Assembly (NCBI GenBank): GCA_023251515.1
Contig: JAHEYQ010000017.1
Span: 274-64,273 of the forward strand
Source of the DNA: Bacteroidales bacterium
Lineage (GTDB): Bacteria > Bacteroidota > Bacteroidia > Bacteroidales > JACABE01
DNA: 64,000 nucleotides
Direction of reading: 5' to 3'
Below, one piece after another: positions 1 through 10,046 of this stretch. How positions within the stretch are numbered: position 1 is the stretch's first letter; each line of letters opens with the position of its first letter. The notes beneath the pieces were generated by a model. That model ran no database searches, was not told the DNA's origin, and worked only from the letters and a program-made list of their open reading frames with translations. The position numbers and the translations under genes were made by a program.

Positions 1-99
1 AGTGATTAACAAAATACTTTTTTTCGCTATTTCGTTAAGTTCATCAATATAAATTGTATCTTTGTCCTTGTTTTTAACTGCTATTCGTGGTATAGTCAT
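1..99 (-). CDS. Hypothetical protein, 5' part only (MTIPRIAVKNKDKDTIYIDELNEIAKKSILLIT...), runs off the left edge
   Basis: Manual translation: ATG at 99-97, open to base 1, same strand as the element's leftward genes. Not in the ORF track. Confidence 0.5.
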   Translation of the reverse strand, partial: MTIPRIAVKNKDKDTIYIDELNEIAKKSILLIT

Positions 100-115
100 T
101 TGTAATAACATTTAT

Positions 116-147
116 AAAAGCTCAGGGAGTGGTTTTCCTGAGCTTTT
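116..147. terminator. Hairpin (terminator/attenuator-like) within the leftward gene cluster
   Basis: 11-bp inverted repeat aaaagctcagg / cctgagctttt with a 10-nt loop and T/A flanks. Confidence 0.55.
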
Positions 148-153
148 TGTTTT

Positions 154-381
154 TTATTTTAATTCAATGTTCAATTTCTCTAAGTCTGTAAAAAACTCGT
201 GTAAATGCCAAAGGAAAGAGGCTTTATCATCATTAATTGTTTCGGCATTCGATAAGTCCGAAAAAATATAAAAAATTATATCTTTTGGATTTCCGTTAAA
301 ATTTCCAATAAAGTTTTCTTTAATTTTTTTAATTAATTAATTTTCTGTTTTTTGTACTGTGTTTTCTTGATCTGTACTCAT
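154..381 (-). pseudogene. Possible small ORF interrupted by an in-frame TAA at 337-339
   Basis: ATG at 381 gives MSTDQENTVQKTEN*, and the same frame continues LIKKIKENFIGNFNGNPKDIIFYIFSDLSNAETINDDKASFLWHLHEFFTDLEKLNIELK* to 154. Confidence 0.3.
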
Positions 382-480
382 TTTTTATTGATATTAAATT
401 ATTTGTTACTTGCTGCAAATAGCCTTAATACTTGCAGCGTTAATTATTTATGATTAGTATAAAAAAACCGATTTTCTTTT

Positions 481-720
481 TTAATCGATATTTTTTAAAT
501 ATTTTTCAACCTCCGACTTAGGTATTAATCCGCTTTTTGTTGTCTTTAAAAAGCCGGTATCTACTAATTTTTTAATAGTCTTATTGCTTTTACCAAGTAT
601 TTTTGATACAGCATTGATAGACAGTAATTTTGAGCTTTCTCTTTTTGTTTCAAATTCTTTTAATGCTTCAAACACTGCAAGCTTTATATCTTCTGTGTTG
701 AATATTGGTCTTAGTTCCAT
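481..720 (-). CDS. Excisionase-like / HTH_17-type DNA-binding protein
   Basis: 79 aa with C-terminal LLSINAVSKILGKSNKTIKKLVDTGFL winged-HTH pattern, in a mobile-element context. Confidence 0.7.
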   Translation of the reverse strand: MELRPIFNTEDIKLAVFEALKEFETKRESSKLLSINAVSKILGKSNKTIKKLVDTGFLKTTKSGLIPKSEVEKYLKNID

Positions 721-737
721 TTATAAATTATTATTGA

Positions 738-934
738 TTAAACTAATTCTTTAACGTTAACTTCAAAAAATGTGGCTATTTTACATAATTCATCATAAGT
801 AGGTGACGTTTTGCTATTAATTATCATTCCCCATCTTTTTTTGTTTATACCAACTTTACTATAAAATTTGTTATCTGGTGTGAAAATAAAATTTTTTTCT
901 CAGATTTTTTAATGAAATTAGAAATATTATTCAT
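738..934 (-). pseudogene. Cro-like XRE HTH gene split by a frameshift in an A7 tract
   Basis: ATG at 934 reads MNNISNFIKKSEKK then goes out of frame. The HTH-like frame FTPDNKFYSKVGINKKRWGMIINSKTSPTYDELCKIATFFEVNVKELV* (stop 738-740) is restored by adding one A to the run at 892-898. Confidence 0.6.
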
Positions 935-1070
935 ATTTTTGTATTTATTATTATTTATAATTAAAAACTAAATTCATATTATTAGGACTGAAAAGTTATA
1001 TTAATATTAATTAGATTCATATAAATTGAACGTCAAATGTAGTTAATTATTTGTTAAACATTATAATCAA

Positions 1071-1787
1071 ATGAAATACAAAATAATAAAAGAAATGTGC
1101 GAAGCAAAAAAAATATCACTACCAGAATTGGCTGAGAAAATTGGAATGTCTAAAGGTGGTATTTATACAGCTATAAATAATGAATCTTTAAAAATAGATG
1201 CTTTGGAAAAAATTGCTGAGATATTAAAAGTTGATATTTCTGTTTTTTTTGAAACTAATTCTGTTGATTCTAATACAAATAAGTATAAAAAAATAATTGA
1301 ATTTATTAGAGAGAATAACGCTTTAAATGAAAGCTCCATCTATGAACATTTATTATCGAAATTGATACAATTTATTTATAATGATGAATTTATGAATAGG
1401 TTTATTAATTCAAATTTGACAAAACAAAATCTTACACAAATGATTGAAATGTCAATGTTTACGGACCTTATTAATAAAAGTGAGTTTGATTTTGATAAGT
1501 TTTATGAATCTGCAATCAATAATTTAAAGAAAGAAGATTTTGTAAAGTTGTTTGGTGGTTTAAGATTTGTTTATTTCTTAAATGCATCTATTAAAAATAC
1601 GAATAATGAACAAACCAAAATTGAGTTAAATGATAGATTAAAGAAAATTTGGGATCAGTATTATGATTATATTTATGCTGAAAATTCTATTTTTAAAATT
1701 ATGAAAAAAGAATCATTAATTGATGATAAAACAATTAGTGAAATATCATCGAGAGTTATAAATTTAAACTTTAGTTTATTTGAATAA
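1071..1787 (+). CDS. XRE-family HTH repressor (cI-like) with an unassigned C-terminal helical domain
   Basis: N-terminal ISLPELAEKIGMSKGGIYTAINNESLKIDALEKIAEILKVDISVFF is a typical XRE HTH. Divergent from the Cro/Xis-like genes. Confidence 0.75.
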   Translation: MKYKIIKEMCEAKKISLPELAEKIGMSKGGIYTAINNESLKIDALEKIAEILKVDISVFFETNSVDSNTNKYKKIIEFIRENNALNESSIYEHLLSKLIQFIYNDEFMNRFINSNLTKQNLTQMIEMSMFTDLINKSEFDFDKFYESAINNLKKEDFVKLFGGLRFVYFLNASIKNTNNEQTKIELNDRLKKIWDQYYDYIYAENSIFKIMKKESLIDDKTISEISSRVINLNFSLFE

Positions 1788-1875
1788 ATTTAGAATGTTT
1801 ACCAATAGTTAACCGAAAAAGAAATAAAAAGGCTATATGTACAAGATATACTGATATTTAAATGTTTGTTGCAAT

Positions 1876-1893
1876 AATCCTGGTAGGTCAACA
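1876..1893 (+). repeat. Candidate att core: duplicated tRNA 3' end (probably tRNA-Gln)
   Basis: AAT-CCTGG-TAGGTCA-A-CA matches T-loop 3' half, T-stem 3' strand, acceptor 3' strand ending in A72 and discriminator. The upstream part of the tRNA is absent. Confidence 0.65.
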
Positions 1894-1921
1894 AAAAGCT
1901 TTACATTTTGTAAAGCTTTTT
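1893..1921 (+). terminator. Rho-independent terminator (likely the original tRNA terminator)
   Basis: aaaaagctttaca-ttt-tgtaaagcttttt followed by further Ts. Confidence 0.8.
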
Positions 1922-2015
1922 TTGTTTTTAACAGACAGATAATAAATAAGTTATTGTTAATTTGTTTTTCTTTTCTATTTTTTGTTTTTTTCTAAGAACT
2001 TTCAAATAAAAATCT

Positions 2016-2023
2016 TATATTTG
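2016..2023 (+). promoter_or_regulatory. Bacteroidetes housekeeping -7 element (TATATTTG) for the kinase pair
   Basis: Matches TAnnTTTG about 90 bp upstream of the ATG at 2114. Confidence 0.5.
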
Positions 2024-2113
2024 TTTTTCATTTTGAATATATTTACTTAAAAATATTCAAAAAATAAGATATTGTTAAGTAGCTGAAATAGTGTTTATAA
2101 TAAGAAAGAGCAA

Positions 2114-5100
2114 ATGGAATTTTCACAAACAATAAAGATTTTATTAATAGAAGATGAGGTAGATTTTTTATCAATTCTTGAAAAAGAATTACATAAAGCG
2201 AATATCTCATTTATAACTTTTAATGAATTTTTATTTGAAAACATTAAAGATCTTGTAATAAGAGAGTCTATTGACTTGATTATAACTGATTACAAATTGA
2301 ATGGATTTCAAGCCACTGACGTTCTAAATTTATTAAAATCTACTCCTGAAATTGCAAATGTACCATGTATTGTTTTATCTAACTACAGTGATGATGAAAT
2401 AATTATTGATTGTATGAAAAATGGAGCTGTTGATTTTATTATGAAGTCAAAAATCAGCAAACTTCCATTTTCTGTTGTTGAAGCCTATTCAAATAAACTT
2501 AAAATAATTGAAACACAGAGGATAAAAATAGAATTAAAACAAAGTGAAGAACATTATAGAAAGCTCATTGACTTATCTCCTAACTCTATATCTTTGCTTG
2601 ATTTAAATGGTAAAATAATTTACGTTTCTCAGAAGAAACTCGAAATATATGGTTACCCGACAAAAGATGAGTTGATAGGAAAAGATGCTATGGATCTGGT
2701 AGCTCCGGAAAGCAAAGAATATGCTGCTCAATGTTTTGGTGATATTTTTGTGAAAAGTATTATTACAAATATTGAACTTTTGTTAATCAGAAAAGATAAA
2801 ACCAAATTCTGGGGTGAATTTTATTTAAGTACAATCCTTGATAATGAGAATAATCCTTCAAATATCATGGTGATTTGTAAAGATATAACAATAGAAAAAC
2901 AAAGAAATGAATTAATAAAAAGAACAGATAGGCAATTTAAAGACTTATTAGAGAGATTACCAGATATTGTTTTGTTACATAAAGACGGAACTCTATTGTA
3001 TGCTAATCATACTGCTATTGAAATGTCAGGCTATAGTTTAGATGAAATAATTGGAAAAAATATTTATAGTTTCATTAATAATGACAATATAGACAACTTT
3101 AAGTTTTTTGCTGAAAAGAAAAATAATGAGGAAAAAGTTGAAGATTATGAAGTTAATGTTTTAATTAAGTCTGGTAAAATTCTTACTGCAATTGCAAGAA
3201 CAACAGATGGGTTTTATAATGGAGATGCTATTTCAATCGTTATTTTGGTTGATATTACCGAACGTAAAAATTTTGAAATTCTTTTAAAGGAAAGTGAAGA
3301 AAGATATCGCACTTTGATTCAAAATTCTTCTGATATAATTACTATTCATGATGAAAATCAGAAAGTTAACTATGTTTCTTCCTCAGTCGAAAGGATATTA
3401 GGCTATAAAGCAAATGATTTTTTGGGAATAAATCCAATGGATTACGTACATCCTGATGATTATGAACTGATGTTGAACGCTTTCGAAGAAGTCATTAATT
3501 CAGAAAATAATGGTGAACCAACCCGATATCGATTCAGACATGCAAATGGAAATTGGGTATATTTGGAAACTATAAGTTCTAATTTTTTTAATATTAATGG
3601 AATAAATGGGATAGTAGCCACATCCAGAGATGTTACCGAGAGAGTTAATTTTGAAGAATCATTAAAATTGCTATCTCATTCAATGATGAGTATTTCTGAA
3701 ATTGCGTCAATAACCGATTTAAATAATAAATTCACGTTTGTTAATCAATCATTTATTGATACATATGGCTATACTCGTGAAGAATTAATAGGACAGGATG
3801 TAAGCATGTTATGGTCGAAAAAAAATTCGCCTGAACTTACCAAAAATATAATCAATAAAAGTAAAGAAGTGAATTGGTCTGGTGAAGTATTAAATATAAC
3901 AAAAGATGGTAGAGAATTCTTGGTTTATCTTAATACAGCCCAAGTTAGAAATGATAGCGGCGAATTAATTGGATTAGTTGGTATAGGAGAAGATATCACA
4001 AAAAGAAAGGCCAATGAAATTGCTCTCAAAGAAAGTCAGGAAAGAACACAAGCTTTATTAAATGCAAATCCTGATTTGATGTTTGTATTTTCCAGAGATG
4101 GTATGTTTTTGGATTACAGAAGCCCTAATGAAAACGAATTAATACAAAAACCTGATTTTTTTATTAATAAAAAAATTGAAGATGTATTAACTCCCGAACT
4201 AGCTAAACTTACATACGAGAAACTGAATTTACTCTTCGTATCAAATGAAAATGTTGTTTATGAATACGAGGCAGTTATAAATGGTGAAATTCATTATTAC
4301 GAAAGCAGACTTGTAAAAAATGGTCAAAATCAGGCATTATGCTTAGTCAGAAATATTACTGAAAAAGTTTTAGCCGAAAGAAGTATTGCTGAAAAAGAAA
4401 TGATTTTCAGTCAATTATTTAATGAATCAACAGATCCTGTTTTGTTATTAAGAGGTAATGAGTTTATTGATTGCAATATAGCTACAGTAAATATATTAGC
4501 ATATAACAACAAAGAGGAAGTTTTATCAAGATCTCCATGGGATTTATCTCCTGAATATCAACCTGATGGTCAATATTCTGCAGTTAAGGCATCTGAAATG
4601 ATTTCTATTGCTTATACAAATGGAAATCACAAATTTGAATGGTTACACAGCAATGCCAAAGGCGAAGATTTTCCGGTTGAAGTAATGTTGACTTCTATTA
4701 TAATTAATAATAAACCCATGTTTTATGTGGTATGGCGAGATATTACTGATCGCAAAAAAGCTGAAAATGAAATTATTAAAGCAAAAGAAGTAGCAGAACA
4801 GGCAAATCAATTAAAAGATGCTTTTATTGCAAATATGTCTCATGAAATCAGAACTCCTTTAAATGGTATTTTAGGAATGACCAGTATTTTAAAAGACACT
4901 TTCGAAGAACATGCTGATGAAGATGAAATGCAGATTTTTAATGTAATTGAATTTTCAAGCAATCGTTTGATGCGAACTATTGATATGATACTCAACATTT
5001 CAAGACTTCAGATTGGAGAGTTTCCCTACAAGCCAGGCAATGTTAATCTTACACAACTCGTTGTCAATTTGGTAAATGAATATCAGATTACAGCCAAGAA

Positions 5101-5938
5101 TAAATCGCTTGAGTTGTTTTTTGAAAATAAATTTAAAGATATAATCATATTTGCTGATGAATATTGTATAACTCAATCAATATCAAATCTTATTGATAAT
5201 GCAATTAAATATACAAATAATGGATTTGTAAAAATTTATTTCTCATATAATAATTACAATCAGCTTGTTGTGAATGTGGAAGATACCGGAATTGGTATTT
5301 CTGATGAATTTATGCAAAAGATATTTATGCCATATTCTCAGGAAGAAACTGGTTATAGCAGAAGTTATGAAGGTGTTGGTTTAGGTTTATCTTTGGTTAA
5401 AAAAATGTTGACTTTAAATCATTCAATAATTTCTGTGAAAAGCAAAAAGAATGAAGGTAGTTGTTTCTCAATTACTTTTAAAAATAGCAGTTTAAATTTA
5501 GATACAATAAGTGAAAAACAAAATATTATGAAAACTAATGAAAATGAATTTGATAAAGTAATAACACCTGTTGAAATGATGCCTGTGATATTGGCTGTTG
5601 AAGATGATAAGGCCAGCAGAGATTACTTAGGAATTGTATTAAAGAAAAAATACAATCTGATTTTTGCCAATTCTGCAGATGAAGCATTACAGCTATTGTT
5701 GGAAAACGAAGTAAATCTGATACTTATGGATATTTCTATCAGAGGTAGCATGAATGGATTGGAATTAACAAGAAAAATAAGGACAGAATTAAAAAATACT
5801 GATTTGCCTATTATTGCACTTACTGCTCATGCATTTGAAAAAGACAAATTGTCTTCACTCGACGCTGGCTGTAATTTACATTTAACAAAGCCATTATTCA
5901 GAAATGACTTATTGAATGCCATCGAAAAATTTGTATAA
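2114..5938 (+). CDS. Hybrid sensor histidine kinase REC-(PAS)x~6-HisKA-HATPase-REC
   Basis: N-terminal REC (LIEDE...IITDY), repeated PAS/PAC ends (DITERK-like), H-box [38 protein letters not shown]-terminal REC (ILMDIS...TKP). No obvious TM segment. Confidence 0.92.
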   Translation: MEFSQTIKILLIEDEVDFLSILEKELHKANISFITFNEFLFENIKDLVIRESIDLIITDYKLNGFQATDVLNLLKSTPEIANVPCIVLSNYSDDEIIIDCMKNGAVDFIMKSKISKLPFSVVEAYSNKLKIIETQRIKIELKQSEEHYRKLIDLSPNSISLLDLNGKIIYVSQKKLEIYGYPTKDELIGKDAMDLVAPESKEYAAQCFGDIFVKSIITNIELLLIRKDKTKFWGEFYLSTILDNENNPSNIMVICKDITIEKQRNELIKRTDRQFKDLLERLPDIVLLHKDGTLLYANHTAIEMSGYSLDEIIGKNIYSFINNDNIDNFKFFAEKKNNEEKVEDYEVNVLIKSGKILTAIARTTDGFYNGDAISIVILVDITERKNFEILLKESEERYRTLIQNSSDIITIHDENQKVNYVSSSVERILGYKANDFLGINPMDYVHPDDYELMLNAFEEVINSENNGEPTRYRFRHANGNWVYLETISSNFFNINGINGIVATSRDVTERVNFEESLKLLSHSMMSISEIASITDLNNKFTFVNQSFIDTYGYTREELIGQDVSMLWSKKNSPELTKNIINKSKEVNWSGEVLNITKDGREFLVYLNTAQVRNDSGELIGLVGIGEDITKRKANEIALKESQERTQALLNANPDLMFVFSRDGMFLDYRSPNENELIQKPDFFINKKIEDVLTPELAKLTYEKLNLLFVSNENVVYEYEAVINGEIHYYESRLVKNGQNQALCLVRNITEKVLAERSIAEKEMIFSQLFNESTDPVLLLRGNEFIDCNIATVNILAYNNKEEVLSRSPWDLSPEYQPDGQYSAVKASEMISIAYTNGNHKFEWLHSNAKGEDFPVEVMLTSIIINNKPMFYVVWRDITDRKKAENEIIKAKEVAEQANQLKDAFIANMSHEIRTPLNGILGMTSILKDTFEEHADEDEMQIFNVIEFSSNRLMRTIDMILNISRLQIGEFPYKPGNVNLTQLVVNLVNEYQITAKNKSLELFFENKFKDIIIFADEYCITQSISNLIDNAIKYTNNGFVKIYFSYNNYNQLVVNVEDTGIGISDEFMQKIFMPYSQEETGYSRSYEGVGLGLSLVKKMLTLNHSIISVKSKKNEGSCFSITFKNSSLNLDTISEKQNIMKTNENEFDKVITPVEMMPVILAVEDDKASRDYLGIVLKKKYNLIFANSADEALQLLLENEVNLILMDISIRGSMNGLELTRKIRTELKNTDLPIIALTAHAFEKDKLSSLDAGCNLHLTKPLFRNDLLNAIEKFV

Positions 5939-5949
5939 TTTATAAAAAA

Positions 5950-7896
5950 ATGGAATCAGAATCGACCAACTTAATACATATCTTATTTGTAGAAGATACT
6001 TATCATGATATGGAATTGGCTGTTAGGGAATTAAGAAAAGAAGAAATGCAGTTTTTTTCAAAAATTGTAGATACTGAACTTGATTTAATTCGTGAATTAA
6101 ATGAATTTAAGCCCGATATCATAATTTCAGATTATTCGATGCCCGTTTTTGATGGCATGAAGGTTATTAAAGTTGTGAAACAGTTCAATCCCGAAATCCC
6201 TGTTATCGTTTTTACGGGTTCAATTAATGAAGAAACAGCTGTAAAATGCATGAAAGCAGGTGCCTCCGATTATGTGCTTAAAGAAAAAATTAAACGACTC
6301 CCATTTGCAGTAAAAGAAGCTTTGGAGAAAAAACAAATACTTAAAGATAAAAAAGAAACCGAAAATGCGCTTTTATTTAGTAATTACAGGTTTAAGGAAT
6401 TTGCTGAAAAACTTACTGATGTAATATTTATTACTGACATTGAGGGCTTTATTACATATATATCTCCTTCTTCAGAAAAAATATTTGGTATTAAGGCAAT
6501 TGAAATGATAGGGAAATTATATCTACATCTAGTATCAGAAGATGATATAGAAAAAACACAATTGTCTTTCAAAAATCTGATTCTATCAGGAGAACCGACA
6601 ATTAATTTAAACCTGAGATTGAAATATGTTGATAATAAAGAGATTAATTGTGAACTAAATGCTTCATTAATAATGCCCGATTCAGAAACTAGAGGTGTTA
6701 TAGGTATAATAAGGGATATCAGCGATAGAAAAGAATGGGAACGGATTTTGCTCGAATCTAAAGAAAAAGCCGAATTATCTGATAAGATTAAGGATGCTTT
6801 TATTGCGAATATTTCACATGAAATAAGAACTCCATTGAATGGAATTCTTGGTATGACTGAACTTATTGAAGAAGCATTTAAAGAATATGCTACTCCAGTT
6901 GAGATTAATTTTTTTAAAACCATAAAAAATTCCAGTTCAAGATTAATAAGAACAGTTGATTTAATATTGAATTTTTCCCGAATTCAGATCGGCGATTTTC
7001 CAATTAAACCTGTGGGTATTGATTTACTTCATTTTGTCAATAAAATTTTAGCCGAATTTGAATTGATTGCCGAAAGGAAAGGTTTGAAAATTAAATTATT
7101 CTCAGAAATAGAAACCCCATTTGTATTATTCGACGAATATTGTTTGTCTGTAATTGTTTCAAATATTGTAGATAATGCATTGAAATTCACTAATAAAGGT
7201 TTAGTTAATCTGAAAATATACAAATATGATGATTTTATCAAATTAGATATTTCAGACACAGGAATGGGAATGTCATTTGAATTTATTTCACGAATTTTTA
7301 CTCCTTATAATCAAGAGGAAGTAGGTTATGGAAGAAGTTATGAAGGTATAGGTTTGGGACTTTCTTTATCAAAACAATTAATAGAATTAAACCATTCTAC
7401 TTTAACAGTTAATAGTATAAAAAATCAAGGAACTACTTTTTGTATTACTTTCAAAAATATAATTGAAAACAATCAAAATACTAACATAAATAATACAATG
7501 CAAAATACAGATATTCAACTAAATTCCGAAATAAAGCATAATATTTTGGTTGTTGAAGACGACTTTTCAAGTCAGGAATTATTAAATATTATCCTGAAAA
7601 AATCTTTTTTACCTCAATTTGCAGTTTCCGGTGAAGATGCATTAGAATTGATAAAAAACAATAATTTTGATATGATACTGATGGATATTTCTCTAAAAGG
7701 AAGCATCAATGGTTTGCAATTAACCAAAATGCTTAGAAACAATCCATTATATAGCAATATTCCAATTATTGCTGTTACAGCCCATGCGTTTGAAAACGAC
7801 AGAATAGCTTCATTAGAAGCTGGTTGCAATGATTATATTTCGAAACCAATTCGTAAAAATGATTTATTAAATATTATCAATAAAAATTTAGATTAA
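5950..7896 (+). CDS. Hybrid sensor histidine kinase REC-PAS-HisKA-HATPase-REC
   Basis: FVEDTYHD...IISDYSMP REC, one [32 protein letters not shown]-terminal REC (ILMDISL...SKP). Confidence 0.92.
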   Translation: MESESTNLIHILFVEDTYHDMELAVRELRKEEMQFFSKIVDTELDLIRELNEFKPDIIISDYSMPVFDGMKVIKVVKQFNPEIPVIVFTGSINEETAVKCMKAGASDYVLKEKIKRLPFAVKEALEKKQILKDKKETENALLFSNYRFKEFAEKLTDVIFITDIEGFITYISPSSEKIFGIKAIEMIGKLYLHLVSEDDIEKTQLSFKNLILSGEPTINLNLRLKYVDNKEINCELNASLIMPDSETRGVIGIIRDISDRKEWERILLESKEKAELSDKIKDAFIANISHEIRTPLNGILGMTELIEEAFKEYATPVEINFFKTIKNSSSRLIRTVDLILNFSRIQIGDFPIKPVGIDLLHFVNKILAEFELIAERKGLKIKLFSEIETPFVLFDEYCLSVIVSNIVDNALKFTNKGLVNLKIYKYDDFIKLDISDTGMGMSFEFISRIFTPYNQEEVGYGRSYEGIGLGLSLSKQLIELNHSTLTVNSIKNQGTTFCITFKNIIENNQNTNINNTMQNTDIQLNSEIKHNILVVEDDFSSQELLNIILKKSFLPQFAVSGEDALELIKNNNFDMILMDISLKGSINGLQLTKMLRNNPLYSNIPIIAVTAHAFENDRIASLEAGCNDYISKPIRKNDLLNIINKNLD

Positions 7897-8024
7897 GGTT
7901 TTGTTGTAATTTTTCTTTTTAAAGGTAAACCCATTATTTCTGTAGATTAAGTAAAATTTTATATTTTACTGAAATAATATTGCAATAAAAAGAAAAATTA
8001 TATTCTGTATTATCTGAAATTGAG

Positions 8025-8032
8025 TAAATTTG
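8025..8032 (+). promoter_or_regulatory. -7 promoter element (TAAATTTG) for mntP
   Basis: Matches TAnnTTTG and overlaps the TTG used by the ORF caller, so the real start is probably downstream. Confidence 0.55.
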
Positions 8033-8053
8033 CAGTCCAAAAAAAATCAGGTC

Positions 8054-8614
8054 TTGGGAATAATAGAACTTATACTTATAGCAATCGGGCTTTCGATGGA
8101 TAGTCTGGCAGTTTCACTCACAAGTGGGTCATTACAATGTGTTACATATAAAAAAGGATTGCGAATTGCAATTGTATTTGCTTTATTTCAGGCAGCTATG
8201 CCTGTTTTGGGTTGGTTATTAGGTGTTTCTTTTAAGGGCTTTATTGAATCGTATGATCATTGGATCGCATTTTCAATACTTTTTATTATTGGTTTAAAAA
8301 TGATTTTAGAAGCAATTAAAGTGAGCCCTGAAGATAGACAATTTAATATAAATAAAAATTATGTGCTGATAATGTTAGCATTAGCTACTACTATTGATGC
8401 TTTTGTAGTAGGCATAAGTTTTGGATTTCTTGAAGTTAACATCCTTTTGGCATCTTTGGTAATTGGAATTGTTACATTTATTTTCTCATACGGTGGAGTT
8501 TGTCTTGGAAAATTAAACCGTTTCGTAAAACCCAGAACTGCCGAATTATTAGGTGGTTTGGTATTGATAATCATCGGAATAAAAATTCTGATAGAACACA
8601 GTAATAAATTTTAA
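8054..8614 (+). CDS. mntP: Manganese efflux pump MntP family
   Basis: Two DUF204-type repeats: AIGLSMDSLAVS and ALATTIDAFVVG, with 6 TM segments. Start moved to the in-frame TTG at 8054. Confidence 0.88.
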   Translation: MGIIELILIAIGLSMDSLAVSLTSGSLQCVTYKKGLRIAIVFALFQAAMPVLGWLLGVSFKGFIESYDHWIAFSILFIIGLKMILEAIKVSPEDRQFNINKNYVLIMLALATTIDAFVVGISFGFLEVNILLASLVIGIVTFIFSYGGVCLGKLNRFVKPRTAELLGGLVLIIIGIKILIEHSNKF

Positions 8615-8686
8615 ATTAATAAAACTTTATTACTTGTAATTTGTTTTTATACAAACTTTTAAGCGAAATCTATTAATATATATATA

Positions 8687-10045
8687 ATGTTTAAAAAAAT
8701 ATTTTCATTTTTAGTAATTGTTCAATTACTGCATTTCTTGTCGTTTGCACAAATTCCAGCGGGTTATTATGATGTAGCTAATGGATTAAGCGGGCTTACT
8801 TTAAAAACGGCTCTCTATAATAAAATTAAAGGTCATACTGTTGTTAGTTACGGCGGATTATATACCAGCTATCAAACCACAGATAATTTGCCACCCAATA
8901 AAGTATGGGATATGTATTCAATAAAAGCTGATGGAACAGCTAATTATTTCTTTACACATGGGAATAATCAATGTGGTTCATATTCTGGAGAGGGTGACTG
9001 TTACAACCGTGAGCATTCAACTCCTGCAAGCTGGTTTAACGATGCTACTCCGATGTATTCTGATTTATTTAATGTTTATCCCACAGATGGTTATGTAAAT
9101 AACAGGCGTTCAAATTATCCACAAGCAAAAGTTGGAAACGCAACTTGGACTTCTTCAAATGGAAGTAAATTAGGAAGTTGTGGAGCAGCAGGATATGCAG
9201 GTACAGTTTTTGAACCAATTGATAGTTTTAAAGGTGATTTTGCACGTACGTTTTTATATATGGCTACTCGTTATGAAAATTTAGTTGCTAACTGGCCATC
9301 AAATTCTACTGAATGTGCAGCAGTTTATGCTGGAAATAATGGTTTGACTTTTAAACCATGGTATGTAACAATGCTATTATCATGGTGCGCTTTAGATCCT
9401 GTTAGTCAGAAGGAAATAAACCGTAATAATGCTGTTTATGCTATTCAGCATAATCGTAATCCATATATTGATCATCCTGAATATATTACCTTGATTTGGG
9501 GTGGCGGTGCAAATGTTATGGTTAATTCAATTACCGTTTCTGGGCAAGGTGGAAACACTAGTATATCGACAATTAATGGAAGTTTGCAGATGTTGGCTTC
9601 TGTTTTGCCATCAAATGCAACGAATAGCACTTTTACATGGTCTGTAAAAAATCCTAATATCGGTACGATAAGTTCTACAGGATTGCTTACTGCTATCAGC
9701 AATGGTTTGGATACTGTTGTTGCTACTGCAAATGATGGTTCAGGAGTTATTGGTTATAAGGTTATTACAATCACAAATCAAGGTAATGGTATAAACTTTG
9801 CTAATCAGTATAATAATATTAATATTTTCCCAAATCCTGCTGATAATGAAATAAATATTGATTATCGTAATTTGAAAATTCAACCAGAATCTGTTTATAT
9901 AAGTGATACAAGAGGAAGAAAAATTAAAAACGTTTCAAATATAACCGAATTCCAACGAATAGATATTTCAGATTTGGAAAAGGGATTATATTTTGTTACA
10001 TTATCTTTTGAAGGACAGCATTTAACCTATAAATTTGTAAAATAA
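8687..10045 (+). CDS. Secreted endonuclease I family nuclease with Ig-like (Big_2-type) and T9SS type A C-terminal domain
   Basis: Signal peptide, YNREHSTPASW, DLFNV, KGDFART, HNRNPYIDHP motifs. C-terminal IFPNPA...GLYFV...KFVK. Confidence 0.85.
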   Translation: MFKKIFSFLVIVQLLHFLSFAQIPAGYYDVANGLSGLTLKTALYNKIKGHTVVSYGGLYTSYQTTDNLPPNKVWDMYSIKADGTANYFFTHGNNQCGSYSGEGDCYNREHSTPASWFNDATPMYSDLFNVYPTDGYVNNRRSNYPQAKVGNATWTSSNGSKLGSCGAAGYAGTVFEPIDSFKGDFARTFLYMATRYENLVANWPSNSTECAAVYAGNNGLTFKPWYVTMLLSWCALDPVSQKEINRNNAVYAIQHNRNPYIDHPEYITLIWGGGANVMVNSITVSGQGGNTSISTINGSLQMLASVLPSNATNSTFTWSVKNPNIGTISSTGLLTAISNGLDTVVATANDGSGVIGYKVITITNQGNGINFANQYNNINIFPNPADNEINIDYRNLKIQPESVYISDTRGRKIKNVSNITEFQRIDISDLEKGLYFVTLSFEGQHLTYKFVK

Positions 10046-10046
10046 C

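Larger units (their letters stand above)
1..1893. mobile_element. Right end of an integrated element (prophage/ICE/IME-like), truncated by the window edge
   Basis: Divergent XRE repressor and Cro-like/excisionase-like HTH genes, very AT-rich DNA, bounded on the right by a tRNA-3'-end duplicate at 1876-1893. No integrase in the window. Confidence 0.7.

Noticed and set aside
62-271. 69-aa + strand ORF in the track
   Set aside because: It starts at TTG, crosses a terminator hairpin and lies antisense to more plausible minus-strand ORFs.
1820-1893. Complete tRNA gene
   Set aside because: Only the last ~18 nt fit. There is no TTC of the T-loop, D-arm, anticodon arm or 5' acceptor strand.
7897-8053. 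yybP-ykoY manganese riboswitch ahead of mntP
   Set aside because: The predicted leader is only about 15-20 nt after the -7 element, and no GC-paired structure is visible.
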